This document shows, in pieces, positions 48,683-58,015 of a stretch of 64,000 nt of DNA. The position numbers were made by a program, and so were the translations under genes. The number at the start of each line of letters is the position of its first letter. The stretch's first letter is position 1. A model generated the notes under the pieces. It saw only the letters and a list, made by a program, of their open reading frames with translations, was not told where the DNA came from and ran no database searches. The DNA comes from Myxococcota bacterium (GTDB lineage: Bacteria; Myxococcota_A; UBA9160; UBA4427): positions 3,872,001 through 3,936,000 of the forward strand of contig OZ252299.1 in NCBI GenBank assembly GCA_965250285.1, written 5' to 3'.

Positions 48683-51061
48683 ATGATCCAGCCCCTCGCA
48701 GGCCTGCGCGTGGTCGATGCCGCCGACGAGAACGGTGAGCTGTGCGGCCGCCTGCTCGCCGACCTCGGCGCCGAAGTCATCCGCATCGAGCCGTCGTCCG
48801 GTGCACCCTCGCGCCGGCTGCCGCCGCTGAGCGACGACGGCGACACGAGCCTCTACTTCGCGACGCGCAACGCCGGCAAGCGCGGGGCGCGCATCGACCT
48901 CGAGACCGAGGCGGGCCGCGAAGCACTCGACGCGCTGCTCGCCGAGGCCGACGTCTTCGTCGAATCGGGCCGGCCGGGCGAGATCGACGTCGCTGCGCTG
49001 CGGGCGAAGCACCCGCACCTGGTCGTCACCTCGATCACCGACTTCGGCCAAGACGGCCCGTACCGCGACTACGTCGGCACCGACATGGTCGGCGTCGCCA
49101 TGGGCGGCATGCTCCACCGCGCCGGCGTGCCCGAGAAGCCGCCGGTGATGATCCCGGGCCACCTCGCCTACGACGTCGCCGGCATCGCTGGCGCGTTCGG
49201 CAGCCTGATGGCGACGTTCAAGCGTCTTGCGAGCGGGCGCGGTCAACACGTCGACGTCTCGACGATGGATGCGGTCACGGGCCTCGCCGACTGGTCGATC
49301 CCGAACTACTCGCTCAACCCGAATCTCGGCCACCGCTCGGGCGCCGGCATCTACACGCTCTACCGCTGCGCCGACGGCTTCATTCGCATGATCATCCTCG
49401 TGCCGAAGCACTGGCGCGCACTGCTCGAGTGGGTCGGGCAGCCCGAAGAGCTGATGGATCCGAAGTACGACCAGTTCGTGAATCGATTGATGGAGCTCGA
49501 CAAGATCGTCGCGGTGCTCGAGCAGTTCTTCGCCGACAAGAAGAAGGTCGACGTGGCAGCCGAGGCCCAGCGCCGCGGCATTCCCGCGACGCCTCTGCTC
49601 GCGCCGGGCGAGGTGCTCGACAACGAGCACACGATCGGCCGCGGCACCTTCACATCGATCGAGGTGGCACCGGGCATGACGGCGCTCATGCCCTCGGGCT
49701 TCCTCACCGTCGATGGCGAGCGTGCCGGGCCGCGCGCCGCGCCGCCGGCCCTCGACGGCGAATCGGCGACGAGCTGGCAGAACGACGCGGCCCGCGCCGC
49801 CCTCGCAGGTGCCATGCAGGCCGCGGGCGGCGACGCACCGGCCCATCCACTCGCCGGGCTGCGCGTCGTCGACTGCGGCGTCGGCGCGGTCGGTGTCGAG
49901 GTCGGCAAGTTCATGGCCGAGTACGGTGCCGAGGTGATCAAGATCGAGTCGAGCGACGCGCCCGACTTCATCCGCGTCATCATGAGCAGCTACATGAACC
50001 CGTCGTTTCTCTCGTCGAGCCCGAGCAAGCTCTCGTTCGGCGTCGACCTGACGAAGCCCGAAGGCCGCAAGCTCGTCGAGCAGCTGGTCGCCGACGCCGA
50101 CGTGTTCATCGAGAACTCGGGCACCGGCACGTTCGAGCGGCTCGGCTTCGGCGCCGAAGATCTCAAGCGACTGAATCCGCGCATGGTCAGCTTCTCGAGC
50201 CAGAGCGTCGGCTCGTACGGACCATGGAAGGATTGGATCGGCTACGGGCCGAACACGCATCCCGTGAGTGGGCTGCAGTACCTGTGGAACTACCCGGAAG
50301 ATGAGGCTTCGCCGGCGGGCTCAACCGCGGTGCATCCCGATCACCTCGTCGGGCGCATCGGCGCGCTCGCGATCCTCGCCGGGCTGATCCGCCGGACCCA
50401 CACCGGTGAGGGCGGTCACTTCGATGCCGCCCAGTTCGAGACGCCGGTCGGCCTGCTCGGGGACCTCTTCGCGAAGGAGTCGCTCTCGCCGGGCAGCGTG
50501 CGTCCGGTGGGCAACGCGAGCGAACGCGGCGCGCCCTGGGGCTGCTACCCCTGCGCGGGCGACGACGAGTGGTGCGTGGTGTGCGTGCGCTCGGACGACG
50601 AGTGGCAGCGCTTCAAGGCGGCCATCGGCGCACCCGCGTGGGCCGACGACGCCCGCTTCGACACGACCGCCGGGCGCCTCGCTGATCGGGCGGCCCTCGA
50701 CGAGCACGTCGGCGGCTGGACCGCCGACAAGACACCGCGCGACGTGATGGAGCAGCTGCAGGCCGTCGGCGTGCCGGCCGGCATCGTGGCCCATCCCGAG
50801 CACCACCTGGGCGACCCTCAGCTCGCACACCGCGAGTTCCTGAAGCTGGTGATCCAGCCCGACTACGAGGCGATCATGCTCGAGGGGCCGCCCTTCCTCG
50901 GCGACGACCTGCCCGACGTCATCGTCGAGCCGGCACCGATGCTCGGTGAGCACACGCGCGACGTCGCATCGCGCGTGCTCGGTCTGAGCGAGGACGAGAT
51001 CGAGCGGTTGATGGCCGAGGGCGTGCTCGAAGATCCGCCCACCGAGTTCAAGCTGCTCTAG
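48683..51061 (+). CDS. Family III CoA-transferase (CaiB/BaiF), fused double domain
   Basis: Two PLAGLRVVD starts, LGAEVIRIE / YGAEVIKIE, ADVFVE / ADVFIEN, and C-terminal APMLGEHT. Confidence 0.93.
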   Translation: MIQPLAGLRVVDAADENGELCGRLLADLGAEVIRIEPSSGAPSRRLPPLSDDGDTSLYFATRNAGKRGARIDLETEAGREALDALLAEADVFVESGRPGEIDVAALRAKHPHLVVTSITDFGQDGPYRDYVGTDMVGVAMGGMLHRAGVPEKPPVMIPGHLAYDVAGIAGAFGSLMATFKRLASGRGQHVDVSTMDAVTGLADWSIPNYSLNPNLGHRSGAGIYTLYRCADGFIRMIILVPKHWRALLEWVGQPEELMDPKYDQFVNRLMELDKIVAVLEQFFADKKKVDVAAEAQRRGIPATPLLAPGEVLDNEHTIGRGTFTSIEVAPGMTALMPSGFLTVDGERAGPRAAPPALDGESATSWQNDAARAALAGAMQAAGGDAPAHPLAGLRVVDCGVGAVGVEVGKFMAEYGAEVIKIESSDAPDFIRVIMSSYMNPSFLSSSPSKLSFGVDLTKPEGRKLVEQLVADADVFIENSGTGTFERLGFGAEDLKRLNPRMVSFSSQSVGSYGPWKDWIGYGPNTHPVSGLQYLWNYPEDEASPAGSTAVHPDHLVGRIGALAILAGLIRRTHTGEGGHFDAAQFETPVGLLGDLFAKESLSPGSVRPVGNASERGAPWGCYPCAGDDEWCVVCVRSDDEWQRFKAAIGAPAWADDARFDTTAGRLADRAALDEHVGGWTADKTPRDVMEQLQAVGVPAGIVAHPEHHLGDPQLAHREFLKLVIQPDYEAIMLEGPPFLGDDLPDVIVEPAPMLGEHTRDVASRVLGLSEDEIERLMAEGVLEDPPTEFKLL

Positions 51062-51103
51062 ATCTCGAGGCCTGCGGCACGGGGCCCGCTGTCGCCCAGG
51101 CGC

Positions 51104-52264
51104 TCAGAACGGGCCGGCTCCCGGATCGAGGCCCAGCATCACGCGCCCGTAGCGCTCTCGCTGCGCGTCGAGATCGAAGACGATGTGGCACGACGCGACG
51201 TTCACGTCGCGCAGCGCGCGCTGCAGCGGATCGCTGTTGAACTGCGCGCTCGCGCCGCTGCCTTCGGCCACGTCGCCGATGACGCGCCGGGCCTGGTGCA
51301 CGGCGTGGGCGATCGAAGCGCCCCAGCGCGCTCGATCCTCGATCGTCGCTTCGTCGCGCAGCGCCATCACCTCGCGCGCCACCTCCCGAAGCAGTAGCTC
51401 GGCCTGGCGCACCTCGGTCTCGACCCGGGCGAGTCGCATCTGCGCCGGCGGCGTCTCCTTCGCCTTCTTCGGTGACATCATGCGCGTCCGCTCACCGAGG
51501 CGTTCGCGGTATCGGCGGACGACCTCGACCGCATGGCCGACGAGCGGCATCGAGGCAGCCAGGGTCAGGATCGGGATCATCGGCGTGCGATAGAGCGGGC
51601 CTTCGTGCAGCGTCGCCCCATGCGCGCAACCTGCGCTCATGTCGATGATCGAGACGGCCCTCGATTCGGGCACGACGACGTCGGGCACCACCATGTCGTG
51701 GCTTCCAGTTGCCTGCATACCGGCGACGTCCCACGTATCGTCGACCTCGACATCTTCTCTCGGCAGCGCGAAGAAGAACACGCCCTCGCCTTCGACGATC
51801 GCGCCGACGATCACCCACGTCGAGTGCATGACCCCGGTGCCCCACGACCAGCGACCCGAGAGCCGGTAGCCGCCGTCGACCTTCTCGGCCCGACCCGAGG
51901 GCGCGACCGCTGCGGGCGCGAGCACGTAGTCGGCGCTCTCGAAGAGCTCGTTCTGAAAGGCCTCGGGGAACTGACAGAACATCCAGTTGTGCTCGACGAG
52001 GAAGTTCGTCACCCAGGCCGTCGAGACGTCAGCGGCCGCGATCGTCAAGCCCACCTCGACGAACGTGTCGAGGTCGAGCTCGAGGCCGCCGAGCGCCCGC
52101 GGCACCATCATCCGGAAGACACCGGTCTCTTCGATCGCCTTCCACGACGCATCGGGGATCCGCCGCAGCTGCTCACCTTCGCGCGCGGCTGAAGCCAGCT
52201 CGGGCACGATCGCCGACACCCGCTCGACCAGCGCGCGTCCTTCTTCACAAAGCTCCGTCTTCAT
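51104..52264 (-). CDS. Acyl-CoA-dehydrogenase-fold flavin-dependent monooxygenase (HsaA/group D-like)
   Basis: GYRLSGRWSWGTGVMHSTW, DTWDVAGMQATGSHD, PLQRALRD...H. Confidence 0.88.
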   Translation of the reverse strand: MKTELCEEGRALVERVSAIVPELASAAREGEQLRRIPDASWKAIEETGVFRMMVPRALGGLELDLDTFVEVGLTIAAADVSTAWVTNFLVEHNWMFCQFPEAFQNELFESADYVLAPAAVAPSGRAEKVDGGYRLSGRWSWGTGVMHSTWVIVGAIVEGEGVFFFALPREDVEVDDTWDVAGMQATGSHDMVVPDVVVPESRAVSIIDMSAGCAHGATLHEGPLYRTPMIPILTLAASMPLVGHAVEVVRRYRERLGERTRMMSPKKAKETPPAQMRLARVETEVRQAELLLREVAREVMALRDEATIEDRARWGASIAHAVHQARRVIGDVAEGSGASAQFNSDPLQRALRDVNVASCHIVFDLDAQRERYGRVMLGLDPGAGPF

Positions 52265-52283
52265 CTCGCCTCCCCTCCGCCGC

Positions 52284-52925
52284 TCATTCGTCCGTCGCGT
52301 CGACCATCGCCATGACGTCGGTCGACGCGCCCTCGGGTGCGGCGATCTCGACGACCGGATCGTCGACGTCGTCGTACTCGAGTCGCAGGGCGCGGCTCAT
52401 GGTCGCATGCATCGCGTAGGTGCACGTGATGTAGGTGAATTCGAGGATCTCGGTATCGTCGAGATGCGCCCGCAGCGCGTCGAAGACCGCGTCGGGGACG
52501 CGTCCGTTCTCGAGCACGAGGCAGTCGGTGTAGGCGAGCACCGCTCGCTCGACGGGCGAATAGCAGTCGGCGACGCTCCAGGCGCGGATCGACTCGATCT
52601 GCTGCTCGCTGAGGCCGACGTCGCGCGAGGCCTTGCAGTGCTGCGAATAGACGAACTGACTGCCCACGACGTAGCCCGCGCGCAGCTGGCCGAGCTCGCG
52701 CAGCTTCGCCGAGAGCTTGCGATTCGGGCTGCGGTAGAACGCAAACCCCGACGTCGTGTGGTCGAAGGCATCGGGTACGCCGGCGAAGACGGTCCACCAG
52801 TTGCCTGGCGTACCGGTGGCGGTACCGGGCTCCTTCACGGGGTCGCGGTCGCCGAAGAGCATGTCGTAGATGGTGATCGCGGTGGGATGTGCATCCTTGC
52901 GGCCCACCTCTCGCAGTCGGGGCAT
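52284..52925 (-). CDS. Carboxymuconolactone decarboxylase/AhpD-like protein
   Basis: LRELGQLRAG...SQFVYSQHCK, ERAVLAYTD. Confidence 0.85.
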   Translation of the reverse strand: MPRLREVGRKDAHPTAITIYDMLFGDRDPVKEPGTATGTPGNWWTVFAGVPDAFDHTTSGFAFYRSPNRKLSAKLRELGQLRAGYVVGSQFVYSQHCKASRDVGLSEQQIESIRAWSVADCYSPVERAVLAYTDCLVLENGRVPDAVFDALRAHLDDTEILEFTYITCTYAMHATMSRALRLEYDDVDDPVVEIAAPEGASTDVMAMVDATDE

Positions 52926-52942
52926 CGGGGGTCTCCTATCGG

Positions 52943-53473
52943 CTAGGCGCTCTCACCCGCCTTGTGGAACTGGACCTTGGGCGTGTCCCCGGCCGGCGCG
53001 GGCGACTTGGCGCGCAGCAGCTCGAGCGCCTCCTTCGCGTCGTCGTCGGTGAACGGTCGGGTCAACCGCGCGAACTCGACGACGTTGCCGTCGGGATCCT
53101 CGGTGTAGATCGAGTGGATCCAGCCGTGATCGATCTCGAGCACGTCGAGGCCATGGTCGAGCCAGCGCTGCCTTCGGCGCACTATGTCGTCGGCATCGTC
53201 GGCCTGGAAGGCGAAGTGGTTCATCATCGGGTCGAGCCCGAGATCGCGATTGAGATCGGTGCGCGGGTTCTCCTGGCCGGGCACGTTCGCGACGTCCCAG
53301 AACGCGATCAGCCCCTCGGTCGTCGAGCCGGTCGAGTAGAAGACGTGCCGGCTGAAGCCGCCCTTCGCCTCGGCCACCTCGACCTTCACGAGCTCGAAGC
53401 CCATGGCCTCGGTGTAGAAGGTGTGGGTCGCTTCGATGTCCTTGATGGTCACCGCGATGTGGTTCACGCCCAT
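52943..53473 (-). CDS. VOC/glyoxalase family protein
   Basis: GVNHIAV, HFAF, SIYTEDPDGNVVEF. Confidence 0.9.
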   Translation of the reverse strand: MGVNHIAVTIKDIEATHTFYTEAMGFELVKVEVAEAKGGFSRHVFYSTGSTTEGLIAFWDVANVPGQENPRTDLNRDLGLDPMMNHFAFQADDADDIVRRRQRWLDHGLDVLEIDHGWIHSIYTEDPDGNVVEFARLTRPFTDDDAKEALELLRAKSPAPAGDTPKVQFHKAGESA

Positions 53474-53475
53474 GG

Positions 53476-54375
53476 TCAGTCCTCCCCGTTCGAGTCTCGC
53501 TCGAGCGTCAGCAGCCGCTCTTCGTACGCAGGCCAGCCGAGCAGCTCGCGCGCGTCATCGAAGCGAACGCGGCTTTCGCCGCTCGCGCCCTGCTGCGCCA
53601 GCTCACGCGCCGCGCCCTGCATCGCGTGGATGGTGTGCAGCAGCAGCGACACCGGATACAGCACGACCGCGTAGCCGATGTCGGTGAGCTCGTCGGGAGA
53701 GAGCCAGGGCGTCTTGCCGTCTTCGACGAGATTCGCCGTCTTGAAGCCCGGCACGCCCTCGCAGTAGCGACGCATCTGCTCGACGCTCTCGGGGGCCTCG
53801 AGGAATGTCACGTCGGCCCCCGCGTCGACGAAGGCTTCACAGCGCCAGAGCGCCTCGTCGAAGCCGTCGGTCGCGCAGGCGTCGGTGCGGGCCATGATGA
53901 GGACGTCGAGGCCGTGCTCTTCGCGCACGCGGGCGCATGCGCGAATGCGCTGCACCGCCTCTTCGCGGTCGACGATGGCCTTGCCCGCGGTGTGGCCGCA
54001 GCGCTTCGGCCACTGCTGGTCTTCGATCATCACGCAGGCGAGCCCGGCTCGGGCGCAGCCGAGCAGCGTGCGCTCTGCGTTGATTGCATTGCCATAGCCG
54101 GTGTCGGCATCGCCGATGATGGGCAGCGCCGTCGCCGCGCACACGCTTCGCGCCTGATCGAGCATCTCGCCGTAGCTCATGAGACCGACGTCGGGCAGGC
54201 CGAGCCGGGCGGCCGCCACCGAGAAGCCACCGACGAACCCCGCGTCGAAGCCAGCCGATTCGAGCACACGGGCCGAGAGCCCGTCGAAGCAGCCGGGGGC
54301 CTGGACCACCGAGCCCGCTTCGAGCAGCCCCCGCAGCCGTGCACCGGGCGCCTCGGACTTCGGAAACAAGGTCAC
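53476..54375 (-). CDS. Isocitrate lyase/PEP mutase superfamily C-C lyase
   Basis: GLPDVGL, DADTGYG, IEDQQWPKRCGH (catalytic Cys), ARTDA. Confidence 0.92.
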   Translation of the reverse strand: MTLFPKSEAPGARLRGLLEAGSVVQAPGCFDGLSARVLESAGFDAGFVGGFSVAAARLGLPDVGLMSYGEMLDQARSVCAATALPIIGDADTGYGNAINAERTLLGCARAGLACVMIEDQQWPKRCGHTAGKAIVDREEAVQRIRACARVREEHGLDVLIMARTDACATDGFDEALWRCEAFVDAGADVTFLEAPESVEQMRRYCEGVPGFKTANLVEDGKTPWLSPDELTDIGYAVVLYPVSLLLHTIHAMQGAARELAQQGASGESRVRFDDARELLGWPAYEERLLTLERDSNGED

Positions 54376-55073
54376 GGCGTCGGGCCCACGGCCCGCCGCT
54401 CGTCGGCGTGGGCCTGGTCATGGGCCGCCACGAGCGCGTCCTTCGCCTGCAGCACGTGCTCGGCCATCAAGCGGCCGGCCCGCTCGCCGTCGCCCGCGCA
54501 GAGCGCGTCGACGATCAGCCGATGAAACAGCGCCGAACGATCGAGCTCGTCACGCCCGAAGCGCTGGTACGCGCGCAGCACGAGCGGGTTCTCGATCGTC
54601 GAGTCGAGGGCCATGCCGAGGAAGGGGTTGCGCGCCATGTCGGCGATCTTGTGGTGGAGCGCCGCGTTGGCGGCACGCACGGCGACGAAGTCGGCGCTGT
54701 CGTCTTCGCGCGCCGCGACGTCGAATGCGTCGGCCAACCGATGCAGCGCGTCGCGATCGGCGTCGTCTGCCCGGCGGGCGGCGAGACGGCAGGCGAATGC
54801 CTCGAGCTGCGCGCGCAGCTCGTAGAGGTCGGCGATCTGCTGGCCGGTGAGCGCCCGCATCGTGGCGCCGCGGCGCTTCTCGATCTCGACGACGCCCTCG
54901 CGTTCGAGCCAGCGCAGCGCCTGGCGGACGGGCGTGCGCGAGACGCCCGCCCGCTCGGCGATCTCGGCCTCGACCAGCCGCTGGCCCGGCGCGTAGCGAC
55001 CCGCGGCGATGTCCTCGCGGATCGCCTGGTAGGCGCGGTCGGTCTGATCGGGTTGAGGAGAGGACGCGGACAC
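54372..55073 (-). CDS. GntR-family (FCD domain) transcriptional regulator
   Basis: YAPGQRLVEAEIAERAGVSRTPVRQAL..LEREG wHTH; FCD N..LH, H, EH ligands; GTGA overlap with the downstream gene. Confidence 0.93.
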   Translation of the reverse strand: MSASSPQPDQTDRAYQAIREDIAAGRYAPGQRLVEAEIAERAGVSRTPVRQALRWLEREGVVEIEKRRGATMRALTGQQIADLYELRAQLEAFACRLAARRADDADRDALHRLADAFDVAAREDDSADFVAVRAANAALHHKIADMARNPFLGMALDSTIENPLVLRAYQRFGRDELDRSALFHRLIVDALCAGDGERAGRLMAEHVLQAKDALVAAHDQAHADERRAVGPTP

Positions 55074-55075
55074 AC

Positions 55076-55141
55076 TTTTGGTATACCAAAAAGGCCGATT
55101 GTAGCCAATAATCTTCGACCGAAGGCCATTTGGTATACGAA
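55076..55141. promoter_or_regulatory. GntR/FadR-type operator pair flanking a -10 element
   Basis: Perfect 16-bp palindrome TTTTGGTATACCAAAA (55076-55091), second copy TTTGGTATACGAA (55129-55141), and TACAAT on the minus strand (55098-55103) between them. Confidence 0.8.
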
Positions 55142-55159
55142 GTGAGCGCCTCGGCGCAT

Positions 55160-56368
55160 TCAGGGCGTCGCGACCGCCTTCATCAGCTCGATCGTCTCCT
55201 CGTCGACCCCCGCCTCCCGCAGCACCTCTTCGGTGTGCTGCGAGAGCGCCGGCGCGGGCGAGCGGCCCTCGAGACGATGCCCCGACAGCTGGAACGGGGG
55301 CGTCACGCTCTCGAAGCGGCCGTGCTCGGGGTGGTCGACCTCGACGAAGCAGCCATTGGCCCGCGCCATCGGATCAGCGGTCGCCTCTGCGACGGTGCGC
55401 ACGGGCGCGGCGATGACACGGCACTGCTCGAAGTGCGCGGTCCATTCCGCCAGCGACCGGGTCGCGAACACCTCATCGAGCAGCTCGACCAGTGCGCGAC
55501 TGTTTCGGTAGCGGCCACTCGCGTCGACGAAGCGCTCGTCGTCCTTCAACTCGGGACGCTCGATGGCCTCGACCAGACGCGGCCAGTACGCGTTCGAGTC
55601 GAGCATGACGAGGAAGATCCAGCGCCCGTCCTGGCACGGATAGAAGTTCCACAGCGGGTTGCGCGGCGCGCGGCGATCGTGACGCGGCGGCACCTCGCCC
55701 GTCACGACCGACTGGGCGGTGTCGTTGCCGTTCACGTAGAGACCGACCTGCTGCAGATTCACGTCGACGATCTGCCCCTCACCCGTCTGGTCGCGCATGC
55801 GCAGCGCCGTCAGCACGCCGGAGAGCAGCGCGAGCGCCGCGGGGTGATCGCCGGCGCCACCCCGCGGAAACGCCGGCGGCGAGTCGGGATCGCGCTGTTG
55901 GTCCATCAGGCCCGAGAGCGCGAAGAACGCCGTCTGATCGAAACCGGGCGCGTCGGCCTGGGGGCCGTCGGCCGAGAAGCCGCCCATGCGCGCGAGGATC
56001 AGCTCGGGGCGCTCGGCCCGCAGCGTCTCGGCATCGAGTCCAAACTTCGCGAGGCGGCCGGGCAGCACGTTCGTCATCACGATGTCGCTGCGATCGATCA
56101 GCTTCGCGAGCACCTCTTGCGACTGCGGCAGGGCCAGATCGAGCGCCACCGACCGCTTGCCGCGGTTGTCCATCTCGAACGCGAGCCCGAGGTCGATCTC
56201 GTGTGTGTACCCGTTTCGGTACGGCGTCGCGTGGCGGTAGACCTCGCCCCAGGGCACCTCGACCTTCACGACGTCGGCACCGAGCTCGGCGAGCAGCGAG
56301 GCGGCGGCCGGAACGGCGATGTAGTTGGCGATCTCGAGCACGCGGATCCCGTCGAGGGGTCCCTTCAT
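55160..56368 (-). CDS. Family III CoA-transferase (CaiB/BaiF)
   Basis: MKGPLDGIRVLE, LGADVVKVE, NRGKRSVALDL, AGDH, APALSQHT. Confidence 0.93.
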   Translation of the reverse strand: MKGPLDGIRVLEIANYIAVPAAASLLAELGADVVKVEVPWGEVYRHATPYRNGYTHEIDLGLAFEMDNRGKRSVALDLALPQSQEVLAKLIDRSDIVMTNVLPGRLAKFGLDAETLRAERPELILARMGGFSADGPQADAPGFDQTAFFALSGLMDQQRDPDSPPAFPRGGAGDHPAALALLSGVLTALRMRDQTGEGQIVDVNLQQVGLYVNGNDTAQSVVTGEVPPRHDRRAPRNPLWNFYPCQDGRWIFLVMLDSNAYWPRLVEAIERPELKDDERFVDASGRYRNSRALVELLDEVFATRSLAEWTAHFEQCRVIAAPVRTVAEATADPMARANGCFVEVDHPEHGRFESVTPPFQLSGHRLEGRSPAPALSQHTEEVLREAGVDEETIELMKAVATP

Positions 56369-56551
56369 GGCTGTTTCCTCGTCTCGGACGCGCGGGCCCG
56401 ACGGTGGATCTGCTTCGGTCGACCCCGCCGAGGCGGGCCCCCCACGATAGGGGGGCGCAGCCGGGCTGTCTCGATCGTCTGGTCGCGCCCTGGCGCTCGC
56501 CGCGCAGGCGACACTTGGCTGCGGCGCCGCCGAGAGCGCATAATGACCCGG

Positions 56552-58009
56552 ATGTCCATTCACGATCGACTCACCGAAGAGATCCGCAAGGGCCCGAGCG
56601 GCCCCGAGGTGGGCGCCTTCTTCGACCTCGATCAGACCCTGCTCGCCGGTTTCTCGGCCTCGGCCTTCTTTCAAGAGCGCCTGCTCTCGGGCCGCATGGC
56701 GCCCGCCGACGTCGCCGAGTCGCTGCTCGGGACGCTCTCGTTCGCGCTCGGCCGCACCGGCTTCTCGGGCCTCATGTCGGCCACGACGGCCGCCTACCGC
56801 GGCATCGCCGAGTCGACGCTCGAGACCGTGGGTCAGGAGGTGTTCGAGAAGCACCTGGCCACGCAGATCTTTCCCGAGTCGCGCGCGCTGGTCGAAGCCC
56901 ACCAGGCCATGGGACATACCGTGGCGATCATCTCATCGGCGACGCGCTACCAGGCCGAGCCCATGGCGCGCGAGCTCGGGATCGAACACGTGATGTGCAC
57001 CGAGCTCGTCGTCGAGAACGGCGCGTTCACGGGCGAGGTCGTCCACCCGACCTGCTACGGCGAAGGCAAGGCCGACGCCGGGCGTCGACTGGCGCGGCGC
57101 CACGGGCTCGACCTCGACCAGAGCTGGTTCTACACCGACAGCCACGAAGATCTGCCTCTGCTCGACATCGTGGGACGTCCTCGCCCGCTCAATCCGAACC
57201 CCAAGCTCGCGCAGATCGCCAAGGAGCGGCGCTGGCCGGTGCGGCGCTTCACGAGCCGCGGGCGTCCCAGCGTCGGCGACCTCGTTCGAACGGGCCTGAC
57301 GTACGCGAGCGTGGCGCCCTCGCTCTGGGCCGGGGCGGCGGCCGGCGTGGTGAACGGCTCGATGCGTGAGGCGATCAACGTCGCGGGCGCCGTCTGGGGC
57401 GACCTGGCGACGTCGCTCGCGGGCATCGACCTGCGCATCGAGGGCGAGGAGCACCTCTGGAGCGATCGTCCGGCCGTCTTCATCTTCAATCATCAGAGTC
57501 AGCTCGACGCCGTATTGATGATCAAGATGCTGCGCCGCGACCTGACCGGCGTCGGCAAGCAGGAGATCAGGCGCAACCCCATCTTCGGACCGATCTTCGG
57601 CGCCGCGGGCGTCGTCTTCATCGATCGCTTCGATCGCAAGAAGGCCATCGAGGCGCTGAAGCCGGCCGTTCAGGCGCTGCACGAGGGGCGCTCACTCGTC
57701 ATCGCGCCCGAGGGCACGCGCTCGCTGACGCCCCGGCCCGGCCCGTTCAAGAAGGGCGCGTTCCACATCGCGATGCAGGCGAAGGTGCCGATCGTGCCCG
57801 TCGTTTTTCGCAACGTGCTCGACGCGATGCCGAAGAACGCGCTCGTCGTGCGCCCCGCCACCGTCGAGGCGGTCGTGCTGCCACCGATCGACACCAGCGA
57901 CTGGCGCGTCGACGAGCTCGACCGGAACATCGCCGATGTGCGTCAGCGCTACCTCGACGTCCTCGACTCGGATTCACCCGGCGCCGAAGCCCCACGACGG
58001 GCGGAGTAG
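56552..58009 (+). CDS. Bifunctional HAD-IB phosphatase / 1-acylglycerol-3-phosphate acyltransferase (PlsC)
   Basis: FFDLDQTL, ISSA, GEGK, YTDS..DLP (HAD); NHQSQLD, FIDR, PEGTR (acyltransferase). Alternative ATG at 56543. Confidence 0.92.
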   Translation: MSIHDRLTEEIRKGPSGPEVGAFFDLDQTLLAGFSASAFFQERLLSGRMAPADVAESLLGTLSFALGRTGFSGLMSATTAAYRGIAESTLETVGQEVFEKHLATQIFPESRALVEAHQAMGHTVAIISSATRYQAEPMARELGIEHVMCTELVVENGAFTGEVVHPTCYGEGKADAGRRLARRHGLDLDQSWFYTDSHEDLPLLDIVGRPRPLNPNPKLAQIAKERRWPVRRFTSRGRPSVGDLVRTGLTYASVAPSLWAGAAAGVVNGSMREAINVAGAVWGDLATSLAGIDLRIEGEEHLWSDRPAVFIFNHQSQLDAVLMIKMLRRDLTGVGKQEIRRNPIFGPIFGAAGVVFIDRFDRKKAIEALKPAVQALHEGRSLVIAPEGTRSLTPRPGPFKKGAFHIAMQAKVPIVPVVFRNVLDAMPKNALVVRPATVEAVVLPPIDTSDWRVDELDRNIADVRQRYLDVLDSDSPGAEAPRRAE

Positions 58010-58015
58010 GAGTCG

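Noticed and set aside
55130..56551. 959-aa ORF 55130..58009 as one giant fusion
   Set aside because: The first ~470 codons are the antisense of the CoA-transferase. The real HAD-PlsC begins at 56543 or 56552.
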